A stretch of 64,000 bases of DNA from Tilletiaria anomala UBC 951 (taxonomy: Eukaryota), in contig NW_013547017.1 of assembly GCF_000711695.1 (NCBI RefSeq), positions 124,001 through 188,000 on the forward strand, written 5' to 3'. Numbering within the stretch: position 1 is the first letter of the stretch; the number at the start of each line of letters is the position of its first letter. The translations under genes were made by a program, and so were the position numbers. Positions 36,440-48,179 of this stretch are shown piece after piece. The notes beneath the pieces are model-generated. The model was given only the letters and a program-made list of their open reading frames with translations. It had not been told where the DNA came from and did not search any database.

Positions 36440-38192
36440 AGTTGTACATGTAATTTGCGACCCATACCCAGTTTCTGCATTTACACTCAGCTTAGTTCCT
36501 GGTTGCCTCGGCGTCCCATTGCTTATTCTGGGCTTGTGCTTCGCTCATCCAAAGGATGGGTTGCGATACGCTCTGCTTCTCGTAGCTCATGGCCTCAATC
36601 GACACCGGAGGGTGCCCATGTTCCAGCTCCAAGCGAGTTGGTCGCAAAGTCCTCACGTCATTTGAGACACGGCTTGTCAGGCGATGCATACGAGCATTTA
36701 TGCCATGCATACATGCGTGCTCATAATGTGAAGAGGATGTGTGTGATGAGCAGTGTGAAAGCCCCGACCTTCGGGTCCGAGGCTTCGTAATCCGGGCGGG
36801 ATTACGAGCACATCGAAGACAAGCGCGAGCCTCTCCAATACAGCTAGAGGCCAACTTTACCTATCCATCATTCGAGCGAGGACACCTTCATTGGGCCCTG
36901 CCCACGATGGAAGGTGTGTCGTTACAAAGGTCACAACATCAAGAAGTGCTCGTTTGGTTACAAGCGATGTGCTCTTAGAGTCACAATTTCGAATACAGCG
37001 GCGCCACCCTTTCAATAGCGCGGCCAACCGCAGGGAGCAGACGTCACAGCCAACAGCCATCTGCTTCTTCAAGGGACCCAAGCGCTCCTTGTCAAGCCTG
37101 GATGTCAGCTCAACATGCCCAAATCTCTGCCATGCCAAGGGTTAAACATCTGCGCATCATAGCATCAGGCCATCTCAGCCATAAAGTCATCTTCGTGACG
37201 CTGGCTGGACTTGCCCCTCCCACGGGATGCCTTCCTTGCAAGGAAGGGGAGGGATATGAGGAGCAGAAGCTTCGCGCGGCAAGCCACCGCTCACTGGGCT
37301 GTACACCACTCTATGAAGCGTGTTCGCTGGTCTCTGGCCGCACCTGTGACGCCCGATGCAGAACGGGAAAAGGGGGAGTCTCTACTCGTGTGCACTGCAG
37401 CATTCTTCGGCGGAATCCCTCGCCCTTGGCTCGCTCAGCGCCGCTGTCAGAGCAGTCTGTTGCTGCTCGACACCCAGCGCCCGAGACCCGTGTCTGCTCT
37501 CAGCCCCTCCTCCCTTTCAACCAATTTCTCCCCGCGCGGGTCCCGGGATGAGGAATTCGGAGGGGAGGGGGGGCGGGGGGCGTGACTGCTGTACAAGATT
37601 ACACCACGACACGTCGCGGTTTCGCCCTTATTACTTAACCCTCATAGCCACCACCAACCTGCATCAGCAGCATCCATCCCCGTCACAGACATAGACAGGC
37701 CCGTTCTACAGCCTAGAAGACGCGGAGAAGCGCACAAAAATCGCTGAGAGCCAAAGGCAGCGTGTAACATCGACTAATCGTGCGTGCCGAGGCCAAAAGA
37801 GAGGCGTGGCCTTTCTGAACACGTCGCGTCAACAGGACCACTCTCTTGCATCCATTTTAGTGAAGCATCTCAGACCGCCAGTAGAGCACATCCATCGACC
37901 CCAACTGGCGCTGCAAAGAGTCGAGAAGGGTCCTCGAAGCCAACAGTCATTCTTTCGTGCCAATTTCTTCCATTCGTGGTACGTGCTGGGACGCGAGATT
38001 TCGACGCCAAAGATCGCATCCACCGATCTGGTTGCCGGCGGCTTACGGCATCCATCCACTTGCACAATTCCATCATCATCATCTACAGTGCTCATAGAGA
38101 CACCCGTGGCTCCTCTCCAGCACCGCAAGTACCTTGCAAACGATCTTCACCGCCGTTTATGTCACCCGCCAACGCATTGGCTCCTGCCCTTG

Positions 38193-40937
38193 ATGACCAC
38201 GGGCAGCCCTCCCACATCTGGTGGACTTGCCGTCAAACCGCCACCACACGCAGCAAAGGGAACTGAAGAGACGGACAGAAGTAGTTCTTGGGGGTCAGTA
38301 GCGGAGGAAAGAAGGATGCAGCACAGCGTGGATGCCATGAATCGGGTGGGTGCTGAGGGCAGAGGGACCGGACCTCTATCGCGGAGCGACAGTTCCTCCG
38401 CAATCAGGGACATCTCGCCTAGACCGCCCACGGACCGCACCTCCTCCCCATCCATACTCACAATCATGCAAGACGGCTTCGGACAGCCGTCTTTTCCTGG
38501 CTCTCGAACTGGATCCGGCCCACAGCGCTATGCATCACCTTATCCTGACAGGGCTCGCTCTCCATCACCCAGCAAACGCTCGTCGACAGGAGCACAGCAG
38601 CAGCCCCAGCATCCAATGCCACAACAGTACCAGCAACAGCAATCGCAGCAGCAGTCTATGTTTGGACGACCTGGCGATCCAGGTCCATCGCCTTGGGGGC
38701 CGCAGACGCAACTACCAGCACCACGGAGACCGGTGAATGCATCAAATCCAGGGCAGTCGGTTGCGCAAGGCCAAGGTCCTTTCGGCGCCGAGCCTTTTCT
38801 CGGTTACAACGATCTGTTTCTTGCAGGCATCAATCCTGGGCCAAGGCCTCAAGCGGAGGATTCTGAAGGCGATGGAAGACCTACAAGGGCTGAAGACTTG
38901 GCGGAGACACTAGGGCGCTTGGACATGCAGGGGTCACTCAGAGACGTTGATGTACCTGGCTCTGCTGCTCAGGGCCCAGAGGGCTTTCCGTTCCCGCCTC
39001 CAGGCATGGCTATGGTTTCAGGGATGCCCAACGTCCCTGGGCTACCAGCTTCTGGGAGCCTCAGCCCTCGCAGCCTACTGCATTACCATCACCAGCAGCT
39101 GCAGGCGCAGCACGCTCTCGCCCTTCAAGCAGCTCAGCAGGCAGGTGGGGCGCATCACTCGATGGCAGGAGGTGCGTCAATGCAGGAGGAGATCACCACG
39201 GTGTTCATCGTTGGATTCCCGGACGACATGACGGAGCGCGAGTTCGCGAACATGTTTCTGTTCGCCAAAGGGTTCGAGGCATCCACGCTCAAAATCCCAG
39301 CTGGTGGTATGACAGGCACCGGCCAGAGTGGGCAGCGGGAAAGCTCTGTTTCAGGGCCACCAGGGCCGTACAACTCGGTGCAGTTGCAAGGAATGGCGCC
39401 TGCTGGATCCAACAGTGGACCCAGCTGGGATGAGCAAGCACTCTCCTTGGCTCTGGTCCGCGCAGGCGCAGGTCATGATGCCTTTGCGAATCTCGGCGCG
39501 GGCGCAGGTCTCCCCGGCTTTAATTCAAACAGCCAGGGGCAACCGGGTGGCAAGATCAAGCAAATCATCGGCTTTGCCAAGTTCCGTACGCGCCAAGACG
39601 CGCTTGAGGCTAGGGATGCGCTCAATGGTCGCAAGATTGATGCGGAGCGCGGATGCGTGCTGAAGACGGAGATGGCGAAGAAGAATCTGCACACGAGACA
39701 GAGGCCGGCACTTACGCTTGGGATAAAACCAGGCCCGCACGGTGTCGACGGGGGTTACGGCGCGCTGTCGCCTTATGCAGGCAGCGCTATGGGCGACAGG
39801 GACCCAGCACATGCTTTTGGCTATGGCTCTCGCCCCCCGCCACAGCCCTCTCAGCCTGGCCAAGGAGGATTCGTCGGTCAGCCACAAGGCTTCGACCGAC
39901 AAGGCGCTTTGCCACAGCAGGAGACATCCATGCGGCATACAGAGCTTCTCCGAGCCTCTGGGACTGGCGCGAGCAACCCGTCCCAGTCACAAGCACCGGT
40001 CAACTTTGCTCAACCTCAGGAACGCTGGGCGCCGATGGGGCCGCTCGACTTTTATAACGACGAGGCTGATCGAGCGGCGCAGCCCTCCGCGCGATCGGAT
40101 TGGGGGTCCGTCGGCTCGCCGCCGGCACGCCATCCTCAGCCGCGAGCGCCGGGCCTTGCACCTGTCAATTCGATGCTGCCAGGAGCGCCCTACGCTGCTG
40201 CTACAGGCGCTCGGATGCGACAGGGAGAGGATTTTGGAGTGGGGGAGCTGAGACAAGAAACACACCCAGACAACAACATCAACAATAGTACCAGGCCCAA
40301 TCAGGACTTGAGTAATCTTCTTAATGATCAAGCTCAAGCTTCTCGCCCTGGTCCGCCTGGGCTCGGCTCCCCCAACGTCGCAGATCCGTCTTCGGCTGAC
40401 CAGCGGCCGCAAGCGAAGAACGAAGCTTCGGCGCCGCGTTCACATCGATCTGGGAGCACCCCAAGTCCACCCAGCTCAGAATTACCTAGTCCGACTCATC
40501 GGGGCTTTGTCGGCGACCAGCATCCTCCCGGTACTACCCTCTTCGTCGGCAATCTTCCCGCTAACCTCTCATCTGCTAGCTCTGCTCAGCTCGAGGAGAA
40601 GCTGCGAAGCCTCTTCAGCAGTCGTCAAGGTTTCCGCCAGATGTCTTACAAGCTCAAGGGGCACGGACCGATGTGCTTTGTCGAGTTCGAGAGCATCTGT
40701 CATGCGCGAAATGCGCTGACGGAGGTCAATGGTGACTCCCTCGGTGGGTTGCTGAAGGGTCAAGGGATCCGACTGAGCTACTCAAAGAATCCGCTCTTCC
40801 GGCATAGCAATGCCAACTCTTCTCCGCCCGATCAAGGCACCGGCTTGAATGGATTCCACTCGCCTCAAGGGCCACGAGGGGCCATGTGCGAGGACGTACT
40901 CGACATGGACAAGCTGAATAACCTTGAAGAGACGTGA
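38193..40937 (+). CDS. WHI3: Whi3/Scw1-type RNA-binding protein (two RBPMS-like RRMs, Q/P/G-rich)
   Basis: RRM1 EEITTVFIVGFPDDMTEREFANMFLFAKGFEASTLKIP...KQIIGFAKFRTR...VLKTEMAKKNLH; RRM2 DQHPPGTTLFVGNLP...GPMCFVEFE...GIRLSYSKNPL. First in-frame ATG is 38193. The stop TGA overlaps the LTO1 intron donor. Confidence 0.88.
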   Translation: MTTGSPPTSGGLAVKPPPHAAKGTEETDRSSSWGSVAEERRMQHSVDAMNRVGAEGRGTGPLSRSDSSSAIRDISPRPPTDRTSSPSILTIMQDGFGQPSFPGSRTGSGPQRYASPYPDRARSPSPSKRSSTGAQQQPQHPMPQQYQQQQSQQQSMFGRPGDPGPSPWGPQTQLPAPRRPVNASNPGQSVAQGQGPFGAEPFLGYNDLFLAGINPGPRPQAEDSEGDGRPTRAEDLAETLGRLDMQGSLRDVDVPGSAAQGPEGFPFPPPGMAMVSGMPNVPGLPASGSLSPRSLLHYHHQQLQAQHALALQAAQQAGGAHHSMAGGASMQEEITTVFIVGFPDDMTEREFANMFLFAKGFEASTLKIPAGGMTGTGQSGQRESSVSGPPGPYNSVQLQGMAPAGSNSGPSWDEQALSLALVRAGAGHDAFANLGAGAGLPGFNSNSQGQPGGKIKQIIGFAKFRTRQDALEARDALNGRKIDAERGCVLKTEMAKKNLHTRQRPALTLGIKPGPHGVDGGYGALSPYAGSAMGDRDPAHAFGYGSRPPPQPSQPGQGGFVGQPQGFDRQGALPQQETSMRHTELLRASGTGASNPSQSQAPVNFAQPQERWAPMGPLDFYNDEADRAAQPSARSDWGSVGSPPARHPQPRAPGLAPVNSMLPGAPYAAATGARMRQGEDFGVGELRQETHPDNNINNSTRPNQDLSNLLNDQAQASRPGPPGLGSPNVADPSSADQRPQAKNEASAPRSHRSGSTPSPPSSELPSPTHRGFVGDQHPPGTTLFVGNLPANLSSASSAQLEEKLRSLFSSRQGFRQMSYKLKGHGPMCFVEFESICHARNALTEVNGDSLGGLLKGQGIRLSYSKNPLFRHSNANSSPPDQGTGLNGFHSPQGPRGAMCEDVLDMDKLNNLEET

Positions 40938-41477
40938 GTTGAGCCTGTGAATGGTGTGGAGCATGGCCATTTTCTCACACTATCGTTCTTGATCGATCTT
41001 CCACGCAGCGCATTTGGGCATGGATACGCTGGCGGCTTCACACATGGAGCGCTGCATGGAAAGTTCGAAGGCCGGGCGTTGGGCCGCGAGAAGGGTTTCG
41101 ACATTTGGGGCGAAGTAGGCTACTACGAAGGGATGGCGGCGATGTGGCAGCGGTTGTTACAGGACGGGACATCAGAGCAGGACCGATCGCGCAAGCAGAA
41201 CAAACAGATGCAACAGATTGGCTCCTTGCTCGAACTCATCGTTGCGTTTCCGACACGCAACGACGCAGCCGGTGGAGGGAGTCAGGATCAGTCGCCAGAC
41301 CTTGGTCAGCTGTTGGAGCGAATCCGAGCACGATTCAAGCTCACTGCTTCCACCTTGGGTTTCCATCCGAGCGATGGCCCATTTGCCGCAGGAGCAGACC
41401 TGGGGCCAGGAACGTCGCAGCCGCAGCTCGCTGAGATTGGCGGACGCCTGGTAGATACATCTAGACTGCGATATTGA
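40884..41477 (+). CDS. LTO1: Lto1/ORAOV1 (Yae1_N, deca-GX3) CIA Fe-S targeting adaptor, ~172 aa if translated alone
   Basis: Exon 1 40884-40933 (MCEDVLDMDKLNNLEET), intron 40934-41008, exon 2 AFGHGYAGGFTHGALHGKFEGRALGREKGFDIWGEVGYYEG (GX3 repeats), FPTRND, LLERIRARFK..LG, aromatic C-terminus LRY*. Confidence 0.88.
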
Positions 41478-42576
41478 AGAGCAAAGCATTACGCCCCTTC
41501 CCGTGCTCCAGCCTGCCCCCAAGCCAGAAAGCAAGACCGCAAGCAACACAAGTATCGCATTCATGTCCACACTTCGCATTCACCCTCCGGCGGAGGCCGC
41601 AATAGGAGCAGCAAAGCCTGACGCTGCATTCGGCGTGCAGTCGCTGTTGAACCTCCGGCCCATGCATGCAACAACGATCATCAGCCCGTTCCTCTTGCTT
41701 CATTTGGATCCGCACACAATCACCACGTCGTACAGCTTCCACAATCTTCTGAACAACAAGCATCGCAGCAGGACAAGGCTGTCCGCCTTGGAAAGCCATA
41801 CTTCCTTGTTGTACTAGTATTCGCAAGATCGATCGCTTCAAGCCTCCCACCTTTCGAATCTCAAGCGCACACAATTGCAACAAATGTCTTCTCCTCGCTC
41901 TCTCGCTCACTGTCACAAAACAACACAATACGCCCTTCAGACTACATTCGCCTATCATACGTTCATCAATATACGTTCACAAACGCACGCACATAAGAAA
42001 TGACATTATCAACAATGACAGCTACAACAATTCCTCCTTTCGGTTTTTCTCGATCCATTTCGTACATTCCGAGGGGAGGGCCACCCGCTCTCTGTTTTCG
42101 TCAGATTTGTCTGTTATTTTGCGCTGTAATCATACATTGTAGGACAATGGTTCATTTGCATGCTTTCACCGCCTATTTCACAATCGTATTGGAAGAGGGT
42201 TCATTGCCGGTAGTTGTGGCCCTATGACGCTCTCTCTCCTCGCTTATGCGTGATGTGCGGTGGGCGGTGGGGACTGACATGCATAGTGCAGCGAACCGGA
42301 ACGATAAACAGATAAACACCGAACACGAGGCTAAAAGCGGTCACAAGTATCATCGCATCCACGTTTGTTGCCTCCAAAAGCCATTCACAGACAACAGCAG
42401 ACCCTGGGCACACCTCTTCTTCGCTTCAAGAAGGCTCCGCAGCCTTATTGCTCACTTGATTGCTAAGAGAGACGTGGGCCTTCGAGATCGCGTGCAGCAG
42501 GTCCAATCCTCTTCGTCGGCACGTTGATGCCTCCTGGATTTGGAGCATCTCCGTAGCTTCCGGGCGTCGCTGGAAG

Positions 42577-44926
42577 ATGAGCGCCACGGATGGAGGCAAG
42601 GAAGGATCGGTGAATGAGCAGCAGCTGCTCGGTTCGTGCTCATTAAGGGCTGACCCTAGCGATGCACAATGCCCAACTGAATCTGCAGGTTACATTCCTT
42701 CGCGCAATCGCCAGGCGTCGACCATTCTGCCACCTGCGGCCTTCTTTGCTCCCAAAAGGCCTTCTCAGCAGCCACGGTCGCCTGGGCTACCGCCCACTCC
42801 CTTGTCGGCAAACAGCTTCGCTACGGCTGGAAGCTCTTCGTACCGCGGCCCGCTTAACCCAGGTGATCTGAGCTCCTACCAGAAATCTCCCCTTCAGGCG
42901 CAACAAACGCAGCGGCCACAGTCGCCTTGGTCTCCTGGGCAAGCGAGGGTGTCAACAATAGCCTTGGGTTCGAATAGCATCTATGACGTGGCGCCAGAGG
43001 CGGCTCAAGATGATGGAACAGTGGAGCAGTCGCCTGTGACCCCATCAAATGGGCACCTGAGGGGTCGGCAAGGAGGTGTGGCCTTCAAGACTTCCCGCGA
43101 ACCGCTCTTAGACATGGAAGACCCAGATGCTTTGACGGAAGTGGGTACTCCAAGCGCCTTTGAAGCTCCTATGGACGCGCAAACAGAAGCGGATGGAATG
43201 GCAGCCTTGCAGCTTGCTGGGATCGACGGCAGACTGAGTTGCAACCTCCAAACAGGCTCAGGCGATGGAGAAGACGGCGATGGTGACGATGACGACCTCG
43301 AGCATCAGCCGCTTGGGAACAGGCAAAATCAGGACCCGCTGATGGATGTCATCGAGCACGCACAGGGATCCCGAATGCGATCCGCCGATCAAAGCTTCGA
43401 GCCGAGGACGGGCAAGGCGGAGCGCATGCTAGGAGGAATCAGGATCTCTTCAAGCCCGAGCTTCTCTGATGCGCAACAAAATCCTTCCAAACGGCGGAGT
43501 GTCAATATGACACGTGCAAGCGTCTCAAATATAGAGAAAGGCTTGAATGGTGGCTCTGCTGTGGATGGAGGCAGTGGAAACATCTCGGGCGCGCGGGGAA
43601 GCAAGAAGGAGCGAAATTTCAAGTTCCACAAAGGCGGTAACCGTTTCTTTTTTGGCGGGATCATCATGACCTCGCACGCCAATCCCATGCCATTCCTCGC
43701 GAGCTTCGCATTAACACTCGCGCTGCCAGGCTTGTGGTTAGGTTTCGACGCGTCCTACACGGTGCACAATATCAGCATCGCACCTGTCATCATCCTCTGC
43801 TACACGACTGCTGTAGCCGTCACCAACATGCTGTAAGTGCATCTCTTTTCGCTTGCTCAATATTTTCTCTGGTGTTGATTACAACTATCCACGCATTGCA
43901 ACAGCGTGACCGCCTGGCGTGATCCAGGTGTTTTGCCCCGCGACTTAGACCCAGATCCTCCGTGTACACTTGGCGAAACCCTCGGGGCAATGGATCCAGA
44001 AGACCCACTGGCCATTCCGTTACCCCGCACCATTCAAGTGCGCGGTGCTAGAGATCTGAAAGTCAAGTGGTGCGAAACTTGCGGAACGTACAGAGCGCCG
44101 CGAAGTAGTCATTGCCGAATGTGCGACAATTGCGTTGAAAACATCGGTAAGTGTGTGCACTTTGGTAGCATGATGCACTACTGAACAGCGCCTACCTGTC
44201 ATCCTTTCTTCAGATCACCACTGCACTTTCCTTAACACCTGCATCGGCCGCCGAAACTACAGCTCGTTCTTCTCTTTTCTGATCTTCACGCTCCTTTCAC
44301 TCTGCATCATGATTGCCTTCTCTATCCTGCATCTATATTTTCTCACCCGTCCCACCACACAGCGGCTTCCGAAAGCAGGCGCGTATGGCGGGGGGCTCGA
44401 TTTTCGACAAGCGCTCGGTCGCTCGCCCGTCAGCGCCGTCGTTGTCATCCTCTCCTTGGCCGCCATGTGTCCGATCGGCATGCTATTTGGCTACCACGCC
44501 TGGCTCGTCGTGCACAATCGCACGACCGTCGAGCAGATCCGCTTCAACGCCGCACGCGAGTACGGCGAGCAGCCGGTGGATACGGGCGGCGAAGAAGAGA
44601 AGCGCTGCCTCTTCTTGCCAGGCAAGGCGGGCCAATTGAGCAGGTCGGATCCAAACCCGTTTTCATATGGCGGGTTTGTCAGGAACGCCATTGCTGTGCT
44701 TGGCAGGCCGATAAGCGACAGTTGGATCGCAAGGTATGAACACAGGGTAGTGGATGAACGACTGGACAACCCTGCCTGGTCGATGCAACGACATGTTTCG
44801 GCTGCCAATGGCGATAGCCCCCATGTCGCTGGCGATGGCACTGGTTTCCAAACGAACGACTTCAGCAAGAGGCCGCTGAATGGAAATTTCGGCTCGGAGG
44901 CGATAGAGATGCAGGAGCGCTCTTGA
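42577..44926 (+). CDS. ERF2: DHHC palmitoyltransferase, Erf2-like
   Basis: GNRFFFGGIIMT, TAWRDPGVLPR, KWCETCGTYRAPRSSHCRMCDNCVENI|DHHCTFLNTCIGRRNY, NRTTVEQIR, NPFSYG. Introns ~43833-43904 and ~44147-44212. Start uncertain. Confidence 0.92.
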
Positions 44927-45093
44927 GAAGCCCGAGGAGGCCTCCTGCTTACATCACGGGGATCGCATTCCACACATTCAATTGTATACTACAACAAATC
45001 TTATCATCGCAATGACAATGCCCTTATCGTCGATTAAGATAGAATCTTGGGACATGGGACTAAAACCGTGCCAAGCTTTTTCGTTGCCAACGC

Positions 45094-47305
45094 TTAAGCG
45101 AGCTGTTCGCCTTGAAATAGAGCGACGCGCGGCTTAGCGCCGCTGAGCGACGAGATGTAGCCTCTGTTCATGGTTGTAGAGTTCATTGGGAAGGTGACTG
45201 CAGAGCGGCGGAAGGGCAGACCAAATTTGGTATATATCACGTCAGCTGTCCCTCAGGCCATGCAAGCCACCAGAAGGGTATGCTCACCGTTCCCAGTGTG
45301 GTCGAGCACGATGGCTCCGCCTACACCTGCATTGCGACCGAGCTCTTTGATCGCTGCTTGGCCCGCTGTAGCTGCATCTTCGGCCAGGAAGCGCATGCGG
45401 TGAGCGACGAGCGACGCCAATGATACTAAATTCGTCGAATTCGTGTTGAGTGGAAGTGAAAGTGAAGTTTCTTGATGTCAACGCACCACAGCAGCGACGG
45501 GGAATTCGAAAGACTCGTCACGAACCTCTGAGAAAGTAGTCACCATCCCCCGTTCCAGACAACGCAAGACCTCTCTCATCGGTACTTTTCCACTTCTCAA
45601 CGCCAGCCGAGTCGCGGCAGCCGTCCTTGCGAGGCGATAGACAGGCACAGGCTGATAAGCAGTTCCAGAAGCAGGACAGCAGAGAGGAACAGGGGGAGGC
45701 CCAGCAGGTCGTGCCATCCATCGGAACTGCGTCGACTTCGTATTGCTTCTCAGCCGCCTTCTCCTTGCTGTCACCGCCGTCGACGACAAATCTCTCAGCC
45801 CAGAAGCCCGCGCCGACTGATGGTGTATCGCCCACGCGTCCTGTATTCTTGTTGGTCTTGCCACCGGTGGACGTCGCGACAGCGAGTCTCCCCTGCGCGT
45901 CGATGGCGCATGCACCAACAGTCCCTTGCGGCAGGGCGGAGGAATCAAAGTGAGCCGAGAACTGCTCGAAGACCTCGGCATCTGGGTGGCGAGGGGAGTC
46001 GGTGCTGGTTTCAGAGCGTTCGTTTCCGTGCAAGGAGGGTGGGGAGGAAGAGGGTGAAGTTGAGGCTGAAGCTGCCGTCAAACTTGGTGTGCGGTCGTAG
46101 TAAGAGGAAGGCGGTGTGCTTTCTGTCTGCGGAGTCGTTTGTAGGGCTGCATACCGCGATGCCGATGGCGCCGATGGCCACGAGCTGGATGCATCAGGCG
46201 CAGCTGCTCTGTCGACTGACCCGACACTGCGTATGGCGCTGCTGTACGAAGGCGGCGGCGCGACGTGCGCTGCGGAAGGGCAGGCTGGAGTTGGTGCTTT
46301 GAGTGCGCTGACGAGGAGGTTGTCGGTGTATCCCTGAAGGCCATTCGGGTCTCTGATACCATGCTTTCTCACTTTACCCTCTCTCTCATCATCATTTTCA
46401 TCATCACTATCACCTTCGTCAACGTCATCGTCATCGTCATCTGGCAAGCCGAGTCCACGCCGATGCTCCAGCCACCTCTTTCGGGTCCAGTAGTAGTCAT
46501 TTTCCACTTTGGTGCAGCCGTACTTCCATCCGATCTTCTCGGCTTCCATCCCGGAGAGCAGAACGTGCGGCGCATCTTCCGGAGAGAGGTAAAGAGTGCG
46601 CGCGAGCAGGATCGGGTTCTTGGTCGCGCGGACGAGGGTCGCTGCTGCACAGCGCCGCGTCGCGGGGAGCTGTTGCGTATTGAAGTTGGAGTACGAGGCC
46701 GTTGTTTGCGGAGGGTTCAACATCAGAGGCTTCTCGGAGAGCAATTTGGGAAGAGATATCGATCTTTCGGACGGTGGACAGCCGCGGTGGAACCATTCGT
46801 TGTCGTGCATGACAATCGGAAGGCCGCAAGCGGAGAGGCCCTTTTCGATTTCTCCGCTCCGAGACACGGAAGTGGAAGGAAACGAGACCATGACACTCGC
46901 CTCGCACTCGACCTTGCCGTCCTTGGTGAAGACCGCGCCTTTTCCAGCGTTGAACAGCGGACTGTCCTCAAGCACCTTGACAGCGGCGCAGACGGCGTCC
47001 AGTGCGTTTCCGGCGCCGCGAAACGCTCCACCGCGCGATGGTGAAGACGGAGCATCTTCATCTTCATGATGCGTTTCGGGTCCATACAATTCCGAGGCGC
47101 TGGAAGCGGCAGATGGGAGACCCTGTTCGAGCACACGGTAGCCGGCTTCGAGGGCGGCGCGCAGACGCGCGCGGTATGCAGCCTGCAGCACCGGTGGGAT
47201 GTCTGGCGTGATAGTCCCACCCGCACCACCGTGAATAGCCAGTGTGATGGGAGGTCTATGCAGGCTGTCACCAGCTCTTTTCGATGAACGTGCAGAGGCT
47301 GTCAT
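45094..47305 (-). CDS. Type-2 (plant-type, Ntn-hydrolase) asparaginase / isoaspartyl peptidase with large insertions
   Basis: LAIHGGAG, ALDAVCAAVKVLEDSPLFNAGKGAVF, KNPILLAR, nucleophile G-T-VGACAID, ATSTGG..GRVGDTP, SGTGDGDYFLR, TMNRGY; two 3' introns. Confidence 0.9.
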
Positions 47306-48179
47306 ACTAGGGCTGGGATGAGGGCGAGGTTGCTGATTATGAATTATGGTCGGGCGGCCGTCGGGCTCGCCCACTTGTACATCGACGAGCATGTTGGCGC
47401 GTGTTGCGTGCAGCTTTGAGCTTACGGTATCCTGAGTGGGAGCGGCGCAATGGATCTTTAGTTTACGCTTGAAGGGAGCGAGCATCTGCCGTGGGAGGAG
47501 CCAGCCAGCGTCTATCAAGTCGATGTCGGCAGTCAGGGAGCGGCGGGGTTAAAGGCGACCAGGTCAAAATCTATCTGTGCGCACCAGATGAATATTTCCT
47601 GCAGCGCAACGCACTACCAGCAGCCCAGGGTCAGGAAACCCGCTGCCCATGCATGCGAGAACCGGGTACGGAAACGATGATGATTATTTCTACGGCCCAG
47701 CGCCCAGCACATGAAGCGTATGTGGCCCTAGTTGTACCTCTCGAGATTGGCCTATGGTGGCGATAAGCTGCTACTGACCCGTTGTCATCGACTAAGCTTG
47801 CGTCACAAAACAGGCTTCGGTTCATGAAACGCAGGCAGCGGGGAGCGGACACATGCGAACCCAAACTAGAATAGGGTTGCCGTTATCGTTACCATTACCC
47901 CGCAGTGGTCGAGCCATCTTTCATTTGATGCCGTATTCAGTTTCCCATGGCGTGAGAAAGGGCAAACAAACATCCGTGAGCGGTGTATACATACGTTTGC
48001 ACGGGTTATCAGCTCTCACTGTCATCGACTCTCTCTCGTCTCCAACGGACTCACCCTGCGAAGAAGTCACGCGACAGAATTGGATTCATGCAGTCGCTTG
48101 CCCCGGCCATCACCGCCGTAGCAATCCAACCCAGCCCCGGCGGCACCGCTCCGAGTCAAGGTTCCAGCTCGGATCTCCG

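Noticed and set aside
37806..38192. GTG-initiated N-terminal extension of the Whi3-like ORF
   Set aside because: Eukaryotic context with no ATG, and the composition looks like 5' UTR; a non-AUG extension is not excluded but is unsupported.
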